Assembly (NCBI GenBank): GCA_017620435.1
Contig: JAFZQL010000147.1
Coordinates: 1-32,833, forward strand
DNA from: Erysipelotrichaceae bacterium
Lineage (GTDB): Bacteria; Bacillota_I; Bacilli_A; Erysipelotrichales; Erysipelotrichaceae
Direction of reading: 5' to 3'
DNA: 32,833 bases
A program made the translations under genes and the position numbers. Under the pieces are notes generated by a model. The model worked only from the letters and a program-made list of their open reading frames with translations, ran no database searches and had not been told where the DNA came from. This document shows positions 25,140 through 32,833 of the stretch, piece by piece. How positions within the stretch are numbered: the stretch's first letter is position 1; each line of letters starts with the position of its first letter.

Positions 25140-25996
25140 TATCTTTCCTCCTCTTCGATTTCTTTTGCGAGCTCTGCGATCGCATCGTCTGCGGCCTTCT
25201 TCAGTTCATCGGTTCCGAACTTGACGGAGTGGTTGTCCTTGAGTTCCTCGAAGAACTTCACGCCCTGGCCCTTGATGGTATCGAGAATGATGCAGCTGGT
25301 TCCCTCGGTGTTGTTCTGGGCTTTCACGATCGCTTCATAGATCGCTTCGATATCGTCGCCTTTGACGGTCTGTACCAGATCGAAACCGAAAGCCTTCATC
25401 TTCTCCGCATAATCGAACGGATAAAGAACATCTGCGGTATAGCCGTCCAGCTGACGCTTATTGGCATCGATGAAGACGATGCAGTTGCTCAGTTTTTTGG
25501 CGGCAATAAACATGAATGCTTCCCAGCACTGGCCTTCGTTCAGCTCGCCGTCGCCGACGATCAGATAAGTGAAACGCTTTGAGCCTTTCAGTCTCTGTCC
25601 ATAGGCAATGCCGGTAGCAGAGCTTGTGCCCTGTCCCAGAGATCCTGTCGTCATGTCGACGCCAGGCGTCTTGGTTCTGTCCGGGTGAGACGGAAGCATC
25701 GTTCCGCCGTCGTTCAGTGTCATCAGTTTTTCTTTCGGGAAGTAGCCTTTTTCCGCCAGCGCGGAATACCATGCCGGTCCGCAGTGTCCCTTAGAAAGAA
25801 CGACCATGTCACGGTCTTCCATCTGCGGATTGCTTGGATCGACATGCAGGACTTTTCCGTAAAGGACTGCCATCAGTTCGACGATCGACAACGATCCGCC
25901 AAGATGGCCGTATCCTCTGTGTCTGAGCATCTCCATGACATCTTTACGGATCTTCGTTGCCAAAAGCTTCACTTCTTTTAATTCAGCTTTATCCAT
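25139..25996 (-). CDS. Transketolase, N-terminal (TPP-binding) subunit
   Basis: 285 aa. Contains GHLGGSLS, SKGHCGPAWY, GSLGQG and GDGELNEGQCWEA. GGAGGAG SD. Confidence 0.9.
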   Translation of the reverse strand: MDKAELKEVKLLATKIRKDVMEMLRHRGYGHLGGSLSIVELMAVLYGKVLHVDPSNPQMEDRDMVVLSKGHCGPAWYSALAEKGYFPKEKLMTLNDGGTMLPSHPDRTKTPGVDMTTGSLGQGTSSATGIAYGQRLKGSKRFTYLIVGDGELNEGQCWEAFMFIAAKKLSNCIVFIDANKRQLDGYTADVLYPFDYAEKMKAFGFDLVQTVKGDDIEAIYEAIVKAQNNTEGTSCIILDTIKGQGVKFFEELKDNHSVKFGTDELKKAADDAIAELAKEIEEEER

Positions 25997-26098
25997 GAAA
26001 CTCCTCCTATTTTATTCAGATATTATGATCCTGTCTTTATTATATACTATGCTTCTCCTATTATTACAGGCCTTTATCCATCTTAAAGCTTTCCTGAA

Positions 26099-26128
26099 TA
26101 AAAAAATCCCTCAGATCATCTGAGGGAT
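26099..26128 (-). terminator. Strong rho-independent terminator of the microprotein gene
   Basis: On the minus strand, AUCCCUCAGA-uga-UCUGAGGGAU (10-bp stem) is followed by UUUUUUU, 7 nt after the stop codon. Confidence 0.85.
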
Positions 26129-26135
26129 ATATGCG

Positions 26136-26330
26136 TTAGAATCTTGGCGGACGAGGTCCAAACATCGGACCGCCCATTCTCATCATGCCGCCGTAAGGTC
26201 TTGGACCGTGCATCGGCATTGGTCTTCTATAGAACATAGGACCGAACCACATCGGACGGCGGTACAGCGGATAATAGTATCTTCTGCCGGAAGATAAGAC
26301 CAGTAACAGGATCAGGAATAAGATCATCAT
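26136..26330 (-). CDS. 64-aa microprotein: N-terminal hydrophobic helix plus a Pro/Arg/Met/Gly/Tyr-rich tail
   Basis: MMILFLILLLVLSSGRRYYYPLYRRPMWFGPMFYRRPMPMHGPRPYGGMMRMGGPMFGPRPPRF. GGAGG lies 9 nt upstream, and the gene has its own promoter and terminator. I recognise no family. Confidence 0.6.
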   Translation of the reverse strand: MMILFLILLLVLSSGRRYYYPLYRRPMWFGPMFYRRPMPMHGPRPYGGMMRMGGPMFGPRPPRF

Positions 26331-26409
26331 CGTTTTTTACCTCCTATTTCTATTATTCATATACTAATAGTCATATGTACATTACACAGGTTCATCTGAA
26401 CCTATAAAT

Positions 26410-26438
26410 ATCATAGCATGCTTTTATGGTAAATGCAA
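26410..26438 (-). promoter_or_regulatory. Sigma-A promoter for the microprotein gene
   Basis: On the minus strand: TTGCAT, a 17-nt spacer, then TGCTATGAT (extended -10). The predicted 5' end falls at a stem-loop (26388-26403), giving a leader of about 70 nt. Confidence 0.55.
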
Positions 26439-26541
26439 GTATTTCTATCGTTTATTGATTTTTTCTAAATAACAGAAGACACGATCAGAACTGCGCTTTC
26501 CTGCTGTCATAGACTTTTTTTCAAAAAAACGCAAATACCTC

Positions 26542-26570
26542 TTTACAAATAATACTATGTGTTGTATAGT
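26542..26570 (+). promoter_or_regulatory. Sigma-A promoter for the padR operon, with an overlapping inverted repeat
   Basis: TTTACA, a 17-nt spacer, then TATAGT. A T7-C-A7 A/T tract lies at 26514-26529, in UP-element position. The imperfect IR AATACTAT-N7-ATAGTACT (26551-26573) spans the -10. Confidence 0.55.
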
Positions 26571-26593
26571 ACTAGACAAGAGGAGGTATGAGT

Positions 26594-26914
26594 ATGGATA
26601 TTCAGTTAAAAAGAGGCTCTCTGGATGTCTGTGTACTGGCGTCTCTGCTGAGAGAGGATTCCTACGGCTACAAGATCATCCAGTCGCTGAATGGTGTCGT
26701 AGATATCTCGGAGTCGACACTCTATCCGATTCTGCGTCGTCTGGAAGCGGGAGACTGTCTGAAATCCTATTCCGTGGAACATAACGGAAGGCTCAGGAAG
26801 TTCTACAGCATTACATCCAAGGGAGAAGAGAAGATCACCGACTATCTCAGAGATTTTAAGGAATTGATGGCAATATACAGCTTTATTGCCGGGGAGGTTA
26901 AGAAAGATGTTTGA
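26594..26914 (+). CDS. PadR-family transcriptional regulator (short type)
   Basis: Contains LKRGSLDVCVLASLLREDSYGYKIIQ, STLYPILRRLEAGDCL and RKFYSITSKGEE. The ATG at 26594 lies 7 nt from AGGAGG, whereas the ORF-track ATG at 26588 is only 1 nt from it. Confidence 0.88.
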   Translation: MDIQLKRGSLDVCVLASLLREDSYGYKIIQSLNGVVDISESTLYPILRRLEAGDCLKSYSVEHNGRLRKFYSITSKGEEKITDYLRDFKELMAIYSFIAGEVKKDV

Positions 26915-27077
26915 TACCTACATGATCGAATACATTTTTAACAAATTGGCAGGAATGAGACGCTGTTATGGCAGTTGCTTCGATCCGTTCTATGAGAAGA
27001 ACGGAATTGGGCAGATGAACCGTATGGAGGATATTGAATCCGTATTGAGACGCGACCGTCAGTTTATCCGTTTCTAA
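26907..27077 (+). CDS. Possible 56-aa small protein between padR and the DUF1700/DUF4097 gene
   Basis: GGGGAGG lies 9 nt upstream of the ATG at 26907. The ORF overlaps the padR stop by 8 nt and ends 15 nt before the next start. Sequence: MFDTYMIEYIFNKLAGMRRCYGSCFDPFYEKNGIGQMNRMEDIESVLRRDRQFIRF. No family recognised. Confidence 0.4.
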   Translation: MFDTYMIEYIFNKLAGMRRCYGSCFDPFYEKNGIGQMNRMEDIESVLRRDRQFIRF

Positions 27078-27092
27078 AGGAGGATCAGAATC

Positions 27093-28007
27093 ATGTTGAA
27101 CGAATACTTGAATGAATTAAGAAAGCAGCTGGAACTGCGTAAGGTTGCGGATGCCGGCGATATTACGGCATATTTCGCAGAGATCATCGAAGACAGGATC
27201 GATAGCGGAGAGGATCTGGAAACGATCCTGGAGAAACTGGGAGATCCCGGTACGGTAGCGGATGGTTTCGGTGAGAAACAGATCGGGAGCATGTCTTCTG
27301 CCGATGAAAAGGAAATCGTGGAAATGGAATTCGCTGAAGTCGGAAAGATCGACATCGATACCGTATCCTACTGCTACGAATTTCTCCCGTCAAGTGATGG
27401 GATGTTCCATATCAGATACGAGAAGGACAGCGTCTCTTCTTTGAATGTCTCCTATAAGCACGGAAAAGTCGAAATTGAACAGGACTATCCTGAATTCAAC
27501 CTCGGAAACATCCTGCAGAGATGGATCAACCGCTCCAAGAACGGCTTCTCGTCCCCTTATCAGGCCTGGATCTATCTACCGGCAGATCCGATCGCCGATC
27601 TGGAGATCGATACCGTTTCCGGAAATCTGATTTTCAAAGATGTCGTCCTGGGCGAAACGGAAATCAACAGCGTTTCCGGAAGAGTTGAAATGGATACAGT
27701 GGAGCTGAGCAGTCTGGACTCCGACTGCGTTTCCGGAAGGATGCAGATGAACGATGTCGACATAAGAGACAGTCTGGAATGCGAATGTATTTCCGGCAAC
27801 ATTGCAATCGATCGGATCCGCTGCAGAAAGATCAGCGTCGAATCCGTATCCGCCAATGTCGATGTCTCGATCCTGGGCAGAAAGGAAGATGCAAGAGTCC
27901 GTATCTCATCGCTCCGTTCCAGTGAATCCTATGACGGAAACGGAAATTCTTCCTTGAAGATCGATACAGTCTCCGGCAAGGTACGCTATGAATTTCTGGG
28001 AGAATAG
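27093..28007 (+). CDS. DUF1700-type N-terminal helical domain fused to a DUF4097 ('Toastrack'/putative adhesin) beta-repeat domain
   Basis: The N-terminus is MLNEYLNELRKQL...ILEKLGDPGTVADGF. The C-terminal half has repeated (D/N)xVSG(N/R)hxh units (TVSGNL, SVSGRV, CVSGRM, CISGNI, SVSANV, TVSGKV). It has no TM helix and no signal peptide. AAAGGAGG SD. Confidence 0.8.
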   Translation: MLNEYLNELRKQLELRKVADAGDITAYFAEIIEDRIDSGEDLETILEKLGDPGTVADGFGEKQIGSMSSADEKEIVEMEFAEVGKIDIDTVSYCYEFLPSSDGMFHIRYEKDSVSSLNVSYKHGKVEIEQDYPEFNLGNILQRWINRSKNGFSSPYQAWIYLPADPIADLEIDTVSGNLIFKDVVLGETEINSVSGRVEMDTVELSSLDSDCVSGRMQMNDVDIRDSLECECISGNIAIDRIRCRKISVESVSANVDVSILGRKEDARVRISSLRSSESYDGNGNSSLKIDTVSGKVRYEFLGE

Positions 28008-28009
28008 AT

Positions 28010-28249
28010 ATGCTTTATAAGATAAAGATCGATGGAAGCAAGGGAGACAGGATCAAGATCACCATTCCCTTCGAAGCGGTTAAACTGGTCGTCGCAAACG
28101 AAAAGGCCATGCAGGCCTTTACAAAAAACAGGATCATGAAGGAGATCGATATTCCTGAACTGGTCAAACTTGTTGAGGATGGACAGACAGGAGAACTTGC
28201 CGTCATCGACACGCAGGCTCATGAACATATCGTGATCGAAGGAGAATAG
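28010..28249 (+). CDS. 79-aa hypothetical protein (paralog A)
   Basis: Starts 2 nt after the upstream stop, using the GGAG in the shared junction GGAGAATAGAT. It is related to the next ORF (see findings). Confidence 0.6.
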   Translation: MLYKIKIDGSKGDRIKITIPFEAVKLVVANEKAMQAFTKNRIMKEIDIPELVKLVEDGQTGELAVIDTQAHEHIVIEGE

Positions 28250-28504
28250 ATGGATATCCGTGTAAATACAGCTTCAGGAAAGAACCTGAAATTCAAAGTT
28301 CCTGCCAGTGCGAAGGGCTGGAAACTGATCTGGAAATACATATCCAGATTCGTGAAAGAGGAAGACAAGCAGACCATCGATGCCGTAACACCTATGATCG
28401 ATCAGCTGTTCGGCATCCTGAAACAGGAAGTCAAAGACAATGGAAGCTTCGACCTGGTAGAAGTCGATACGCATAAAGGAGATCACATTCTGATCAGGAT
28501 GTGA
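28250..28504 (+). CDS. 84-aa hypothetical protein (paralog B)
   Basis: The TAG and ATG are contiguous (TAGATG) and the junction motif is the same. The C-terminus DLVEVDTHKGDHILI parallels ELAVIDTQAHEHIVI of paralog A. Confidence 0.6.
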   Translation: MDIRVNTASGKNLKFKVPASAKGWKLIWKYISRFVKEEDKQTIDAVTPMIDQLFGILKQEVKDNGSFDLVEVDTHKGDHILIRM

Positions 28505-28511
28505 TCTTTTT

Positions 28512-29549
28512 TTACAGTTTCAGGAATACTGCCGCATTGTTTACGATGATGCCTACGTTGTAGTAGAAAGCCGTATGGTCGATCAGATGGAACAGCGCAG
28601 CCACCGCATCGATCAGATCTTCCTCGTTCTGATGAACAGCGGTATAGCCGATACATGTGATCCGCATCAGTCCGTAACAGACACACAGCCCCTTGTAGGC
28701 AACGGTCCTGTCGGATCTGCTGTCGACAAAAGGAAAGTTCTCGTAAATCATCGAATTGTTGATGATCCGCTCAAAGAATTCCATCCAGTCAGGGAATCTG
28801 TTTTCAAACTGTTCTTTATCGGAATCATACAGGCTCGGATTTTCCTGATATCTTTGTTTGACAGTATATGCAATCTGAGATAGACGCGTGCTTCCGGAAA
28901 GGAAACGGTCCAGGAGTTCCAGCGCTGCCTGTAATGGATCCTGATCGCTTTTAAGGTCTTTCTCGAACTCTTCTTCATTGATGATCCTGCAGATGTCGCC
29001 GATGCTTTGTGCCAGTGTGGTGCTTCGATCCTGAATGATCCTCTGGAACAGGTGCAGCTGTTTCACGTCTTCTTCACTGATCGTGTAGTGCAGCTGAGCT
29101 TCCTTGTCCGACATCTCTTCAATGATATCCAGACCGTCACCCTCATAAAGCATTTCCACGACTCTCTCGCAGGAACTGGAACAGTTCATGACCAGGGTAT
29201 TGTTGATCTGTTTATAGGATCGCGGATAGAGGCGACAGATCTTCGGCAGATAGGCTTCTCCCTTTTCTCTGTGCAGGTAGCAAAGTCCCTTATCCTGGAT
29301 CGGACATTCCCCCAGCCAGTTGAAACTGACGTAACGGTAGCAGGAATCCGTAACCGTTTCAGGGATCACAAAAGCGTTCTGTATCCTCCGGTCCAGTTCC
29401 TTGGAACAGTTCATCGTGATCAGCCTCCGGTATTCTTCCCTGCTTACGGGGATCCTCCAGCTGCTGCAGCAGGTATTTCTACACTTGTCCGCTTTACATC
29501 GGAAATCTCTGCAGTAGGCAGGCATCAGCCACTTGTTCATCTTGTTCAT
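28512..29549 (-). CDS. FliB-like (flagellin lysine-N-methylase family) Cys-rich protein
   Basis: The N-terminal YCRDFRCKADKCRNTCCSSWRIPV (CxxxxCxxCC-W) and the later CPIQD...LCYLH...ICRLYPR match the FliB/YkgJ-type Cys clusters. I moved the start to the ATG at 29549, because the ORF-track start at 29585 lies inside the atp terminator hairpin. Confidence 0.65.
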   Translation of the reverse strand: MNKMNKWLMPAYCRDFRCKADKCRNTCCSSWRIPVSREEYRRLITMNCSKELDRRIQNAFVIPETVTDSCYRYVSFNWLGECPIQDKGLCYLHREKGEAYLPKICRLYPRSYKQINNTLVMNCSSSCERVVEMLYEGDGLDIIEEMSDKEAQLHYTISEEDVKQLHLFQRIIQDRSTTLAQSIGDICRIINEEEFEKDLKSDQDPLQAALELLDRFLSGSTRLSQIAYTVKQRYQENPSLYDSDKEQFENRFPDWMEFFERIINNSMIYENFPFVDSRSDRTVAYKGLCVCYGLMRITCIGYTAVHQNEEDLIDAVAALFHLIDHTAFYYNVGIIVNNAAVFLKL

Positions 29550-29567
29550 ACTATTACCCTTATAAAT

Positions 29568-29594
29568 AAAAAAGCTTCGCCGCAAGGGCGAAGC
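29568..29594 (-). terminator. Rho-independent terminator of the atp operon
   Basis: On the minus strand, GCUUCGCC-cuugc-GGCGAAGC is followed by UUUUUU, 6 nt after the atpC stop. Confidence 0.85.
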
Positions 29595-29600
29595 AGTGAA

Positions 29601-32249
<2,649 letters not shown>

Positions 32250-32252
32250 AGA

Positions 32253-32833
32253 TTAGTGTTGTGTTGTCTTGAATTTATCGGTAAATGTACTGACTGCTTC
32301 CAGAAGTTTCCGGTTCAGTTCTTCATCGATCTTTTTCTTTTCTTTGAGTTCTTCCATCAGTTCCGGATAGGAACGGTTCATCTCTTCCAGAAGTCCTTTT
32401 TCATATTCTCTGACTCTGTTCAGAGGGATATCGTCCAGAAGACCCTGTTTGTTCATGAAGAACAGTACGACCTGGTCATGGGTCGCCATCGGCTGATACT
32501 GCGGCTGTTTCAGCAATTCTACCAGATGTTTGCCGTGATTGATGCGGGCTCTGGTGGACGGATCAAGATCCGAACCGAACTGGGCGAAATCCAGGACTTC
32601 CTGATACTGGGAAAGATCCAGCTTGAGGGAAGAAGATACGCTCTTCATGGCTTTGGTCTGTGCGGAAGATCCGACACGGGATACGGACAGACCGTAGTCT
32701 ACCGCCGGTCTGATGCCGCTGTTGAACATCTCACTCTGCAAGAAGATCTGTCCGTCGGTAATGGATATGACGTTGGTTGGAATATAGGCGGAAATGTCTC
32801 CTGCCTGGGTCTCGATGATAGGCAGGGCCGTTA
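32253..32833 (-). CDS. atpA: F0F1 ATP synthase subunit alpha, C-terminal part (partial, runs off the right edge)
   Basis: My own translation upstream of the ORF-track start gives ...TALPIIETQAGDISAYIPTNVISITDGQIFLQSEMFNSGIRPAVDYGLSVSRVGSSAQ. The listed M is an internal TTG Leu codon, and the frame is open to the window edge. Confidence 0.95.
   Translation of the reverse strand, partial: TALPIIETQAGDISAYIPTNVISITDGQIFLQSEMFNSGIRPAVDYGLSVSRVGSSAQTKAMKSVSSSLKLDLSQYQEVLDFAQFGSDLDPSTRARINHGKHLVELLKQPQYQPMATHDQVVLFFMNKQGLLDDIPLNRVREYEKGLLEEMNRSYPELMEELKEKKKIDEELNRKLLEAVSTFTDKFKTTQH

Noticed and set aside
26514-26529. The T7-C-A7 palindrome as a terminator or small RNA element.
   Set aside because: The stem would be A/U only, with no G+C pairs. 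Its position 13-28 nt upstream of the padR -35 fits an A/T-rich UP-like tract better.
28010-28504. The two small adjacent genes as a toxin-antitoxin pair.
   Set aside because: They are paralogs of each other rather than two different families. They are the distal cistrons of a longer operon, and they show no recognisable toxin or antitoxin (HTH/RHH) features.
29550-29585. Longer start (29585) for the FliB-like gene, and longer start (30035) for atpC.
   Set aside because: 29585 lies within the atp terminator hairpin. 30035 lies inside atpD, whereas the ATG at 30005 gives the canonical MLFKL... epsilon N-terminus and the usual stop/start overlap.

Overview
This looks like a chromosomal segment from a Gram-positive (Bacillota-like) bacterium, judged from the strong GGAGG-type ribosome-binding sites, a cre box, a split transketolase and an F-type ATPase. 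About 45 CDS sit in tight, mostly minus-strand operons. I found no rRNA, tRNA, CRISPR array, integrase, transposase or recognisable defence genes.

Gene content, left to right:
- A Wzy/O-antigen-ligase-like membrane protein.
- A nine-gene SgaT/UlaA-type PTS operon with an unusual enzyme set.
- An AKR / hydrolase / TIM-barrel operon.
- deoC-MFS-rpe.
- A cupin-PGI-hxlA-hxlB-RPE-like operon.
- A Zn-ribbon/TPM membrane pair co-oriented with yfcE, a YhhN lysoplasmalogenase-family gene and a lipid kinase.
- A split chrA pair.
- A SIS isomerase plus a second deoC, convergent with a VOC protein and split transketolase.
- A stand-alone 64-aa Pro/Arg/Met-rich microprotein gene, divergent from a PadR-DUF1700/DUF4097 operon that ends in two paralogous small proteins.
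- A FliB-like Cys-rich protein.
- The 3' part of the atp operon (atpA partial, atpG, atpD, atpC).

Nothing matches a known exotic system outright. The best candidates for undescribed biology are:
1. The PadR/Toastrack operon with its small proteins and the divergent microprotein.
2. The PspA-less Zn-ribbon/TPM module apparently co-transcribed with lipid enzymes.
3. The regulator-less PTS and sugar-phosphate cluster with three RPE-family paralogs.

All functional calls come from motif recognition by eye, not from database searches.
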